Positions 13,377-25,428 of a DNA stretch of 64,000 nt are shown in pieces (position 1 is the stretch's first letter; every line of letters starts with the position of its first letter). The stretch spans positions 8,742,001-8,806,000 of the forward strand of contig NC_043011.1 in NCBI RefSeq assembly GCF_006345805.1. Direction: 5' to 3'. The notes below the pieces were generated by a model. The model saw only the letters and a list, made by a program, of their open reading frames with translations, was not told the origin of the DNA and did no database searches. Origin of the DNA: Octopus sinensis. Its lineage: Eukaryota. The translations under genes were made by a program, and so were the position numbers.

Positions 13377-14260
13377 TATATATGCATATGTTTTATTTAT
13401 TAATTTGTTATTATATGACGGAACGCACGCATCCATTACTAAGTAAGTTTCTTCTTAATATTAATAATGATGCGCACTCTTAACCTTTCTGTCCCCCTCC
13501 CTTTCTCAGCCTTCATTCTTTTTGGTTTCCTTTTCTGCTACCTTACTGCCCCCCACTTTCTGTCTCATTCTTCGTTATTTCTAGTTTTCTCTACAACTAT
13601 TCCCTTTTTTTCTCTCCCTTTCTCTTACTCCTCCTCCTCTGTCTCGTTGCTGACCCGCGACGAGAAAACTACTGTCTTTCTGACCTCGCTTCCTTCGAGT
13701 GTAGATGGCTTTTCTGTGTCTCTCTCTGCCGTTCTCAAAAAGCGTTCGTAATATTTTCTCTCGTTTGGCTTAACAGCTCTCAATGTCTGTGTTACTGTTG
13801 TTCTCCTTGCCCTGTCTTTTACTGTTTATATTTTGTACTGTCTTTACTGTCCTGTTTTTGTTACCATTTTTACCCCTCCGCAAAAAAATCTCAAATTTTA
13901 TTTAATTTGCCTTTTGCGGGAAGGAATGTTTCAACGGAGTCGTGTCTCGCCTTCACCTTCGAAACGCGGAGTAGATGAAACAGAGGCGGCTGAAGAAGGG
14001 GAATTTTCCTTGTGCTGTATGTCCTGTACTCTATTTTTCGTTGTTTAAGAAAAATGCCCATTTCCTTGGTTTTGTATTTATGTTTTCGTTTCTCATTGTG
14101 TTCGACGTTTTTTTGGTGTCCTGTACCCATATATGCATGTATATATACATGTAGAGGTAGGTACGTACATATATGTATGTATATATGCATATGTTTTATT
14201 TATTAATTTGTTATTATATGACGGAACGCACACATCCATTTCTAAGTAAGTTTTTTCTTA
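13375..14260 (+). mobile_element. Non-autonomous element bounded by ~80-bp direct repeats, in (TA)n; probably PLE-derived
   Basis: tatgcatatgttttatttattaatttgttattatatgacggaacgcac.catccatt.ctaagtaagttt occurs at ~13381 and ~14184. Its 3' part resembles 40510-40675 (-). Confidence 0.55.
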
Positions 14261-14324
14261 TATATATATATATATATATATATAGATATATATATATATA
14301 GGTAAACAGTAAAAATAATTACAG

Positions 14325-14386
<62 letters not shown>

Positions 14387-14417
14387 ATTATATATATATA
14401 TATAATATATATATATA

Positions 14418-14475
<58 letters not shown>

Positions 14476-14690
14476 AGGCGCATGGCTCAGTGGTTAGAGC
14501 GCCGAGCTTACGATCGTGAGGTTGTGAGTTCGATCCCGGACCGGCTGCGTGTTTGTGTTCTTAAGAAAGACACTTTATTTCACGTTGCTCCAGTTCACTC
14601 ATCGTAGAAATGAGTTTGCGACGTTACTGGTGCCAAGCTGTATCGGCCCCTTTGGCCTTTCCCTTGAGGAAACTGCTGCTGGTCTTCCAT

Positions 14691-14790
14691 NNNNNNNNNN
14701 NNNNNNNNNNNNNNNNNNNNNNNNNNNNNNNNNNNNNNNNNNNNNNNNNNNNNNNNNNNNNNNNNNNNNNNNNNNNNNNNNNNNNNNNNN
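14691..14790. other. Assembly gap (100 N)
   Basis: Run of N. Confidence 1.
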
Positions 14791-15305
14791 CCGTTCTCAA
14801 AAGCGTTCGTAATCTTTTCTCTCGTTTGGCTTAACAGCTCTCAATGTCTGTGTTACTGTTGTTCTCCTTGCCCTGTCTTTTACTGTTATATTTTGTACTG
14901 TCTTTACTGTCCTGTTTTTGTTACCATTTTTACCCCTCCGCAAAAAATCTCAAATTTTATTTAATTTGCCTTTTGGGGAAGGAATGTTTCAACGGAGTCG
15001 TGTCTCGCCTTCACCTCGAAACGCGAGAGATGAAACAGAGGCGGCTGAAGAAGGGGAATTTTCCTTGTGCTGTATGTCCTGTACTCTATTTTCTGTTGTT
15101 AAGAAAAATGCCCATTTCCTTGGTTTTGTATTTATGTTTCGTTTCTCATTGTGTTCGACGTTTTTTTGGTGTCCTGTACCCATATATGCATGTTATATAA
15201 GAGAGGGTAGGTACGTATATATGTATGTATATATGCATATGTTTTATTTATAATTTGTTATTATATGACGGAACGCACACATCCATTTCTAAGTAAGTTT
15301 TTTCT

Positions 15306-15338
<33 letters not shown>

Positions 15339-15368
15339 TATATATAGGAAACAGTAAAAAATAATTAC

Positions 15369-15470
<102 letters not shown>

Positions 15471-15521
15471 ATAATATATTATATATATATATATAATATT
15501 ATATATATATATATAGATATA

Positions 15522-15820
15522 GTGAAGGCGCATGGCTCAGTGGTTAGAGCGCCGAGCTTACGATCGTGAGGTTGTGAGTTCGATCTCGGACCGGCTGCGT
15601 GTTGTGTTCTTAAGAAAGACACTTTATTTCACGTTGCTCCAGTTCACTCAGCTGTAGAAATGAGTTGCGACGTTACTGGTGCCAAGCTGTATCGGCCCCT
15701 TTGCCTTTCCCTTGAGGAAACTGCTGGTCTTCCATAAACAACCTTGCCCGGACTTGTGCCTGGGTGGGTAACTTTCTAGGTGCAACCCTATGGTCATTCA
15801 TGACCGAAGGGGGTCTCGAA
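15522..15820 (+). mobile_element. tRNA-derived SINE (partial duplicate at 14472-14690)
   Basis: Pol III A box tggctcagtgg and B box agttcgatc, followed by a non-tRNA body. Confidence 0.8.
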
Positions 15821-17306
15821 TATATATATATATATATATATATATACTGCCTGAAGAGGAAATCGGCTGCGAATGGTCCGTGTATCTTGTTTTTGTCCTT
15901 TTTGCCGTTTGGAATGTTCCGGTCTATTTTCCCGCATGTTGTCTTCCGTTGCCTTCCCGCTTGTTAGGGTCTTTCTGCTCTGCCCTTGTTAGGGTCTTTC
16001 TGCTCTGCCCTTGATTTATCCATGCGGCGCACCGTACAACCTCTTTTCATTCTTTTAGTATTTCCTTTTATTTGTTTTAGTCAATTGAGTGCGGCCATGC
16101 TGGAACACCGCATTTAGTCGAACAAATCGACCCCAGGACTTAGTCTTTTAGTCTTTGTAAGCCTGGCACTTATTCTATCGGTCTCTTTTGCCGAGCTGCT
16201 AAGTTACGGGGACGTGAACACACCAACATCAGTTGCCAAGCGATGGTGGGAGGGACAAATACAGACGCACAAACACACACACATATATATACGACGAGCT
16301 TCTTTTAGTTTCCGTCTACAAATCCACTCACAAGGCTTTGGTCGGTCCGAGGATATAGTAGAAGGCACTTGCCCTAGGTACCACGCAGTGGGGCTGAACC
16401 TGGAACCATGTGGTTGGTAAGTAAGCTACTTACCAGACGCCCTTTGTTAATATATACATACATACATACATACACAGTCACACGCGACGGGCTTCTATAT
16501 AGTTTCCGTCTACCGAATTCATTCACAAGGCATTGGTCAGCCCCGGGGCTAGAGTAGAAGACAGTTGTTTAAGGTGCTATAGAAAAAAATTCAGTCCATT
16601 TCATATTAGAAAGAGATCTGAACCAGTCAAGTGCAGAGCACAGCGAAACCTGCCTTTGTTATGGTCCAATTTCCTTTCTAGATTTTGTCATTCAATTTCA
16701 GTAGAATTTACGGAGGATTAATGGAGGGTGTACGTCACAACGGCACTGCAAAATTTAGCTTTTGATCCTTATATATATAAATATAAAGTTAGATAGGGTC
16801 GGTTTATGGGATTACCCTGGGTTTCACGTCCATAGAGCGCTTAGCTTTATAGCGTATCATCAGATCCCAAAACTTGTTGGCTTAAGGCCTCTCTAGAATA
16901 TGAAGAAGGAAAGGACCTCGCTACTCAATGTCAACAACAGAGGATTGTCTCTCTTTGGCTATCGATCGAAAGTGACCCTATTATCTTATGGGCTCCAATA
17001 GGTCAGCAGGAATTTCTTGAAATACAAGCACGGTACGAAGACCTCCCTTCTGGAGGTAAGGATGATCCCCGGTTCGAGAGAATCCTTTAGAATCCTCGCT
17101 CGTGTTGCTATGCATAGTTTATGTAGGGGCCTTGAATTTCTAGGATTCTCCATTCTATTGTGCATGGAATCCAGTCATCTTTCAGCTGCCATGCATGGCT
17201 GGCTAGTGACATAACGTATCTCCTTTATCGGTATCATGAAGGCGGATTTATATTATAGATTTCTCTATAACTTAGATTTATGTTTTACCGACGATATATA
17301 TACACA

Positions 17307-18563
17307 CAAGGCGGGGAAGCAAAACTTGGAATATTTTGGAAGCCTTATTTTTCATACATTCCTGAGCGTAAATAGTAAAAATTTTTTAATTTTTTATTTT
17401 AAGGTTGAGGTACATAGAGTTACTTTAAGGAGACGTTCCAGTCATACGATCAAACATCTGCACTTGAAACCAAGGGACAATGCATTGCAGATTTGCTTCG
17501 TGCCAGGGTTGCAATTAGACGCATTGCTCAGACTGTTGGGGGCCTCCGTGAGCACTGTCCACAACGTTAAGAACCAAATGCTGGATATTGGCGGCATCAA
17601 GAGAAAGCAAGGAAGTGGAGGCATAGATAAAAAACAGGATAATACATTTCTTAAATCTCTCAAAGCCAAACTTGCGAAAGACCCAACAACATCCAGGAGA
17701 AAACTGTCCATGGACATGAAAGTTGGTCCAAAGACCATCAGAAATGCAGTACACACTAATTTACATTTGGGGGTCATACGTGAGAACCCCCGAAACACCT
17801 ATTGACTCATGCAATGAAAGCCAAACGGCATGAAAGGGCGAAAAAAGTGTTGTGATATCTGAAGCACAATGGAGAAATCGTCAAAGTTTTTTCAGATGAA
17901 AAAATCTTTACCGTCGACTCTGTTTTAAAACGTCGCAATGATCGATACATTAGTAGGGTCTCCTTCCGAAATAAGGGCGTCTTTAAGACCAAGCCTCCAG
18001 CTCAAGTCATGAAACTGGGAGTCGTGGCGTCTGACGGAAGAAGCCTCTCCATTTTTCAAGTCAGGGGAAAAGGTGGGCGGGGGCTGAGGTTTATTATAAA
18101 GTCCTGCGGTATAAGGTTCTACCTTGGTTGAATTCTAACCGCCTCAGCGGTAATTATGTGTGGACCCAAGATGGTGCTCCTGCGGCAGAGAAAGTGCAGA
18201 AATTCTGCGAAGACAACTTCACCGACTTTTGGCCTGCTAACCTCTGGCCTTCTTGAACACCCTGGGCTATGCCGTATGGGGCAAATTGGAGCCCTCTATC
18301 AACAGAACTTCGCATCCATGTCTTGATCAATTTAAGCAAATCCCGAGGGGAAGAGTGGGACATGTCTGAGAACTTCATCATGCAGAGTTGTGACGCCTTC
18401 AGGCAGCGCGTGAAGGCTGTGGTGGACAATGAAGGCAGACATATTGAATAAATTATCTCTTTATACACCTATAAACTTGTGTTAAAATCATATTTATGTC
18501 AGGTTGCTGTAATATAAATAATTTGGTGAATTATCTATTATCTTTCAAGTTTTGCTTCCACAC

Positions 18564-18567
<4 letters not shown>
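17307..18567 (+). mobile_element. Tc1/mariner superfamily relic, maT/DD37D-like
   Basis: Imperfect TIRs (caaggcggggaagcaaaacttg / caagttttgcttccacaccctg). Broken transposase with VFSDEKIFTVDSVLKRRNDRY, YVWTQDGAP and CDAFRQRVKAVVDNEGRHIE. Confidence 0.85.
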
Positions 18568-18601
<34 letters not shown>

Positions 18602-18606
18602 CGTAC

Positions 18607-18655
<49 letters not shown>

Positions 18656-18732
18656 GAAATGAGGTACTCAGAAATTCGGATGGTTTTATATTTACAGATA
18701 TTTATTTGTATATTACATGTTTTTATACATCA

Positions 18733-19120
18733 CTAGCAGTATCATCCGGCGTTGCTCGGGTTTGTAAGGGAAATAACTATATAAGCATTTTTAGAGATGT
18801 AAAGTATAATAGCCATCTCAATATGGCTAACCACAAAGGGGGTGTTACTGTAGCTTTTTACGTTCTGAGATTTAATAATACATTTTTAGAGAGTTACTTC
18901 CCTTATATAAACCGAGCGAAAATGCATTAAAAATACGGAAAAATTATAGTAATTTTTTTTTTAAATCATAGACTCATCGTAGACGCGCGCTAATACCCAG
19001 AAGGGCTCGATATGAATTACGACTATAAGATACCCGCTTTTGGTTAAACTACACCGCAAAATGTGAGAGTAGTTAGGAATCTAAATCGTAGGAGACAGAC
19101 ACACAACCTTACTTTTATAT
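18733..19120 (-). mobile_element. Non-autonomous Helitron
   Basis: Minus-strand 3' end ccgagcaacgccgg hairpin followed by CTAG|T. Same family as 29809-30195 and 55880-56261. Interrupts an element that is intact at 49943-50110. Confidence 0.75.
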
Positions 19121-19145
19121 ATACATCATATAACTTAGATCATGT

Positions 19146-19182
19146 ATTAGCGCTTTCTCCCATTCTAGTGGGGTTTTCAAAT
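19146..19182 (-). ncRNA. Hammerhead-like motif, U3-A8 variant, weak stem I
   Basis: Minus strand: AU UUGAAAA C CCCA-CUAGAA-UGGG A GAAA GCGC UA AU. Palindromic stem III AGCGCU. Second copy at 50040-50076. Confidence 0.45.
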
Positions 19183-19639
19183 CGAACTAAGAACCTTGGA
19201 AATATATCAAATCTTGAAATTGGGTGGCGTTTTAAAGACGATTTCAGAAATGTCCTCTTCCTCGGTCAGTTTAATATTGCATCGGAACAAATAACGCCTT
19301 AAGGTTTTTGAATGGTCCCCAGAAGTGTATGATGGTGATTTTACACAACCTGTATGCGATAATCTAAACTTCAATGGAATATAACCAAATGAAAGCCGAC
19401 CAATTCTTTGTTAACCTTACTCGGTGTCTAAAAGATTTTCCGTCAAAAGTAATGGAATAATGATAGTAATTTTAGCACAGGTTAAAGATTTACAAAAATA
19501 GACTACATCTTTCTAAACCAGTTTATTACTGGTATATGTTTAATTGATGCCCTTGGGACGTTAACCGTTGACTATGTGGGTGCATGTGTGTGTGTGTGTG
19601 TATTCACCATGCTGGGGCGCTGAACTTTCCTCTTATTCG

Positions 19640-19673
19640 TTTCTGTAGAAGAGCGTAGGCTCGAAACGTAAAA
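19640..19673 (+). ncRNA. Hammerhead-like motif with non-canonical core CUGUAGA-A
   Basis: UUU CUGUAGA A GAGC-GUAG-GCUC GAAA CG UA AAA. Identical core at 29717-29758 (-). Confidence 0.45.
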
Positions 19674-19763
19674 GACTTTTTTCAATTGCTGAGCGTTATA
19701 CTAATACATCTGTTTGTTTTGTACACCACCTGTCTTCGTCTTTTGTTTTTTTTCGTAAACTCT

Positions 19764-19856
<93 letters not shown>

Positions 19857-20280
19857 ACACACACATACACAAGTGTGTTTGTGTGTGTGTATTTGAGCAT
19901 GACTGTAAATGAGAAAAAGGACGAAGGAATGTTACTCTTACGTAAATGTTAGGTAATTTAATATCCAAGGTGTACTAAACTATATTTACATGTGCGTCTG
20001 TCTGTCTGTATGCATGTAGGTGTGTGTGCGTGCACGCCATTGTCTGTCCCTGTATGTATTTATGACACCTGGTTGTTATGTTGTGTTCATGTATACATTA
20101 TGTGTGTTCGAGAGGATTTGTATAATATGCATCACATAATACCAACGTGTGTGGCAAAGAAGAAAACAAAAGCTGTTTACAACTTCGAAACTCACTAATT
20201 TCTTTCTAACCTTGCTCTTCTTCACCCCTTTTTTCTTCTTTTTCCAATTGGCCCTTTCTCTGTTTCTTTCACAGTCTGTC

Positions 20281-20282
20281 TG

Positions 20283-20345
<63 letters not shown>

Positions 20346-20666
20346 GTCTGTATTTACCTATATCTGTTTGTATCTATCTACCTACCTACCTGTCAATCTA
20401 TCTATCTATCGTATCCTTGAATACAATTTAACAAAACTAGTTATGTGAGTGAATACACACACACACACCACACACACACACAAATATATGCGTATGTTTA
20501 AGTATGCGTATATATAAATAAATATCTATTAACATATTCAAGTGTAGAGACAAACAGCTAGACAGACTGAGAGGCAGATAGACAGAGATAGGGATAGACA
20601 GGAAGATAGCCAGATACACACTACAGAGATAGATAGACAGATATAGATAGATAGATAGATAGATAG

Positions 20667-20745
<79 letters not shown>

Positions 20746-20747
20746 GA
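20281..20747. repeat. (TCTA)n and (GATA)n microsatellites in opposite orientation
   Basis: Direct inspection (20281-20345 and ~20625-20747). Confidence 0.9.
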
Positions 20748-21165
20748 CGGGGAGGGGTTCATAACAAGATATTTAAACAGAAAGCTAGTCGGACACTTGT
20801 ATAGTTTTCAAAAACGAAGTACATCTCACAAATAAATGGGTTTCCTTCTTTATTTCTGACGGATTCCGCATATTTGCACAAGTTCAATGTTGTAGTCGTG
20901 ACAAACGTTAACAAACTCTACATGTTCAAATGGGTCACGAGCACTTTGATTCGGGCCTTCTCCAATACATGAATGCATAGGTGTGTGTGCGTGTGTGTAC
21001 GCGCACACTCATGCACAAGAACATATCTATGTAAGCACATGTGTAGATGTGTGTGTGTGTATATACACTCATAACACGTCAGCATGCGTGTGTCTGTACA
21101 TACATATGTATGTCTGTGTGTGCATACACACACATATATGCTGGACATACACACGCACAAGCACA

Positions 21166-21253
<88 letters not shown>

Positions 21254-21352
21254 CATATACATATATATACATTGAGATGGTGGCGTAAGTTTACATGAAC
21301 CTGTATTGCCGAAACGCATCAACATCAGCAGGTTGAACAAAAGATATAGTTA

Positions 21353-21383
<31 letters not shown>

Positions 21384-21391
21384 GTGTATAT

Positions 21392-21432
<41 letters not shown>

Positions 21433-21924
21433 CAATCGTGTTTTTTCTTTTAAGATTTGTTCTTTTTCAGTTTCCCACCTGATGGATTTGTTAACGTGTG
21501 TGTGTGTGTGTGTGTGTCTGTGTGTGTGTGGGGGGAGTGTTGCAGAGGCAAATTAAAAGTTTTTGGGAAAGCCGTTGTGGTTAGAAGGAAATGTATATAT
21601 ATTTCATGAGATATTTACAAATTGAAAAATGTTGAATTGGTATAAAAATAAAAAACCAAAAAAAAAAACCCCACTTTGAAGCATACACGCGTTACATAAG
21701 CCGACGCTTATAGCAATCTTTATACACACTCACTTCGGCTGTCGTTCACATATACATATATATATGCATTAACATGCAATGACATACCGCTGTTTCATAT
21801 ATACACATATATACGTACGTACATACACACACACACATATATATATGTATATATATGTACATACACTTATATACAATATATGTACATATATACAATTAAC
21901 ATATACTATATACATACATGTACA

Positions 21925-21977
<53 letters not shown>

Positions 21978-22553
21978 CACACACATTAGCACGATGTCCA
22001 TAGCAATGTGTATAAACAGACCACTCTCAAAAGATAATTTTATAAAAAAAAACCACTTTAATTTCAAAACCAATCCAATCAAGACCACCACCACGACCAC
22101 TCCCAGCATCATCATCATGAACATCAACGCAATAACTACCAGTCCCCTCTTTCATAACATCCTTCTATCGATCGCTTCCCCATTGTAAGGTCAGTTTTTT
22201 TTTTTTTTACAATAAAAGTACATCGAAGGGGTCCCAGACATTTTGCATTTCATTTTTTTTTTTCCTTTTTAAATCTTTCTTGAATTTCGCTTTAAATCTT
22301 GCCTTTTTAAAAACCCTTTTTTTTAAAAATCTTTATCCATCTTTATCTCCTTTCATTAATTTCCCATTAAATTGACTTTCGGTTGTTCACTCGGATCTTT
22401 GTTGTTCCGAGGTTGTTGTTTTTTTTGGGTTTTTTTCATTTTTCCCCCCTTTTGCAACCAAAATACATCTTTTGAATGTATTTACAACAAAATAGTTAAG
22501 CAATTTCATTTGTTATAATGTTTCTTTTTCTTCAAAACAAACAAAAAAAAAAA

Positions 22554-23420
22554 TTACCATTTTAGTTTACCCGGGATATATTTTTCAATCAATCTTTCGT
22601 AATATGGTCGGATTTCGTCAACATCCGGAATGACGGGTGATTTGGTATACAAATCGAACGGGTTGAAATTTTGTACCCATCTCAACATTTCCTGGTCTTT
22701 GTTGTCACACAGGTAACCATAATCATTACTGCTGTGCCACGGGTAGAAAGAATGGTATCTAATAACACAGAGAGCTTCCTCGGGTAAGTAACAAGTGTTG
22801 TGTTTCAGTACTTGGTACATATACTCATCGTGGCCCCAAGACATGAGTACCTTACTCAGACCACAGTGTTCTTCGTAAATACCGAGTTTCGTGTTGTATT
22901 TTGGGTTGTTAAAGTCGGGGTTGTCGTTGAAAGTACTGTCGGCATAAACGACCGAAGGAGCTGGTCTACAGCCGACCGGGTAGGTGTCACCAACCACCGA
23001 CCACTGCGGTGCACCCCACAGGGCCATAACTTTACCCAGGTCATGTATGAGTCCCGTCAACTGAAACCAGTCTTCGTCGGGGTACTCTTTACGGATTCCT
23101 TCTGCTGTTTGAAACGCATGGAAAGAGTTACTGAGATCGATATCCGGGTCGGACTCATCCACCAAGTTGTTTAACATTTCCAGAGCTTCCATTATGGACA
23201 TTTCAGCGTGATCGAATTTGGTCCACCGGCCGTGGGATTCTTTCACGAAGTCGACAGTTTGAAACGTGTGCATTTGCTTGTAGGTGTTGTACACCTGGGA
23301 ATCGGAGTCACATTTGTCAAAGTTCCTGAAGGAATTGTTTTCTTTGGCCGCGTCGTGGTTATAAACCAGTTTCTCCCTTAAAAACGGCGACAGGACATTG
23401 CTGTCTACTGCGGCAGTCAT
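22554..23420 (-). CDS. MIOX: myo-inositol oxygenase (HD-domain di-iron enzyme), intronless, 288 aa
   Basis: Uninterrupted ORF with all family motifs: SFRN, MHTFQTVDFV, LVDESDPD, NSFHAFQTAE, HDLGK, VVGDTYPVGC, MSWGHDEY, HSFYPWH, FDLYTK and C-terminal W. Confidence 0.97.
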   Translation of the reverse strand: MTAAVDSNVLSPFLREKLVYNHDAAKENNSFRNFDKCDSDSQVYNTYKQMHTFQTVDFVKESHGRWTKFDHAEMSIMEALEMLNNLVDESDPDIDLSNSFHAFQTAEGIRKEYPDEDWFQLTGLIHDLGKVMALWGAPQWSVVGDTYPVGCRPAPSVVYADSTFNDNPDFNNPKYNTKLGIYEEHCGLSKVLMSWGHDEYMYQVLKHNTCYLPEEALCVIRYHSFYPWHSSNDYGYLCDNKDQEMLRWVQNFNPFDLYTKSPVIPDVDEIRPYYERLIEKYIPGKLKW

Positions 23421-23590
23421 TCTGATCGATTTGCGATAGATTTTGTCGTTGTTGTTACTCTTGCTATTGTTGTTGTCGTTGTTGTTGTTGTTTTCGTTGT
23501 TTCAATTCTTTCTTCGGGCTGAGAAGGAAAGTTTTTTCCTTCACATCAGAGTAAACTGTGTGAAATACGATTTGTTTATCGAGCAGTGGG

Positions 23591-23599
23591 CCTTTTATG
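23591..23599 (-). promoter_or_regulatory. TATA-like element (CATAAAAGG) upstream of left MIOX
   Basis: About 170 bp upstream of the ATG; ATAAAAGG also lies upstream of the right copy (53169-53176). Confidence 0.4.
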
Positions 23600-23655
23600 T
23601 AAACTGTTGAAGGTGACGACAGACAGACAGAAAGACAGACAGATGAATGGATTAA

Positions 23656-23710
<55 letters not shown>

Positions 23711-23770
23711 GTAATGAATAAGAAATTGGGTGAGAAGGAAAGAAGGAAAAAAGTAGGTGTGTATTCCTTT

Positions 23771-23810
23771 CTGATTGGACAGATTTTGTGACGGTAGTTT
23801 CTGATTGGTC
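23771..23810 (-). promoter_or_regulatory. Tandem CCAAT (NF-Y-type) boxes upstream of left MIOX
   Basis: GACCAATCAG and GTCCAATCAG on the minus strand, exactly 30 bp apart. Confidence 0.55.
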
Positions 23811-23936
23811 GAACACTGTGTAAACAATAACAACCACATTATTGAAAAATGCGTGCAGTTCCTTCAACAACGGAAAATAAAACTAGGCCATGTTTACTCT
23901 TTCCATACTTTCGGCATCGTAACAACAACAACAACA

Positions 23937-24314
23937 GTGGAGGCGCAATGGCCCAGTGGTTAGGGCAGCGGACTCGCGGTCGGAGGATCGCCGTTTCGAT
24001 TCCCAGACCGGGCGTTGTGTGTATGTTTATTGAGCGAAAACACCTAAAGCTCCACGAGGCTCCGGCAGGGGGTGGGGGTGGCGACCCCTGTTGTACTCTT
24101 TCGCCCAAACTTTCTCTCACCCTTTCTTCCTGTTTCTTGTCCCCCGACTTCCTACGCAACCGCCGAGCCTGGATGCGCATTCATACATCCGTCGATGCTC
24201 TCGGTGTCGGGGGTTGACCTGCTTTCTCTTCTGCGGGTCTTACGAATAGCAAAGGACCACGTTTCGGACTTCTCCCACTCTGGGACGAAGACCGCTTCGC
24301 TCAACAAACAAACA

Positions 24315-24315
<1 letters not shown>
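23937..24315 (+). mobile_element. tRNA-derived SINE with (AAAC)n tail
   Basis: A box tggcccagtgg, B-box-like gtttcgattcc, CpG-rich body, inserted in a (CAA)n tract. Confidence 0.75.
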
Positions 24316-24349
<34 letters not shown>

Positions 24350-24898
24350 CAGCAACAACGATAACAACAACGACGACAACAACAACAACCACCACCACCA
24401 CCACCACCCTTATTATTATTGTTGTTATTATTATTGTTATTGTTGTTGTTATTATTATTATTACCACAACCATCGCCACACGTCATCATCGTCATGTTTT
24501 TCCCCCTCGTCTACTCAATTAAAAGCCATCATCATCATCCTCATCATCGCCATCATCCTCCTCCTCGTCGTCGTCGTCGTCGTCGTAATCGCCATTGTTA
24601 TCAGCTGTGAGTTTGGCTGATTGTTCTGCGTTCAAATCCGACCGGGGGTCAATCTCTGCGTTTCATTTTCTCTTTCTTTTCTTGTGGTAGTGATGGGTTG
24701 GTGGGTGGGGATTGCAGAAATAAATAATAATAAAAAAGTACCAGTCAAATACTAGTGCCTTTAAAATTGACTAACCCCTCACTCCCCACCCAAAGTTCTG
24801 GTCACGTGCCTATGTTTGAAAAACGTTTATTCATAAGTATTTCATTCAGTGTTGTAAAGTCAATTTTCATCATCATCATCGTCACCACCACCACCACC

Positions 24899-24932
<34 letters not shown>

Positions 24933-25030
24933 TCGTCACCACCACCTCCTCCACCGCCATCATCATCATCATCATCGTCGTCGTCGTCGTCGTCGTCACT
25001 ATTATCATTAATAATTCTATTTTTTCTTTA

Positions 25031-25428
25031 TTTTTACTTGTTTCAGTCATTTGACTGCGGCCATGCTGGAGCACCGCCTTTAGTCGAGCAAATCAACCCC
25101 GGGACTTATTGTTTGCAAGCCTAGTAGTTATTCTATCGGTCTCTTTTTTTGCTGAACCGCTAAATTACGGGGACGTAAACTCACTAGCATCAGTTGTCAA
25201 GCGATGGGGGGACACACACACACGCACGCACGCACGCACACACACACACACACACACACACATTATATGACGGGCTTCTACCGGTTTTCATCTACCAAAT
25301 CCACTCACAAGGCTTTGGTCGGCCTGAGTCTATAGTAGAAGACACTTGCCCAAGGTGCCATGCGGTGGGACTGAACCCGAAACCATGTGGTTCGTAAGCA
25401 AGCTACTTACCACACAGCCACCCCTGCA
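25031..25428 (-). mobile_element. SINE family A, full length
   Basis: Reverse complement of 30343-30742. Confidence 0.9.

Noticed and set aside
13955-14002. Permuted (type II) hammerhead: GAAA...GUA...CUGAAGA, also in 40625-40672 (-)
   Set aside because: Core halves are shared by both elements, but no stem I can be formed in either.
14472-14545. tRNA-like sequences (also 15522 and 23937)
   Set aside because: A and B boxes are present but there is no closed acceptor stem, and they run into repeat bodies: SINE heads, not tRNA genes.
17236-17805. 189-aa ORF as a host gene
   Set aside because: Reads through the TIR and frameshifted N-terminus of the maT-like transposase.
22800-23174. 124-aa antisense ORF present in both MIOX copies (also 53688-54062)
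   Set aside because: Shadow of the MIOX frame; shared only because the cores are near-identical.
22554-23420. Bacterial horizontal transfer as the reason for intronless MIOX
   Set aside because: The protein aligns closely, by eye, with animal MIOX throughout; retroposition or intron loss is simpler.
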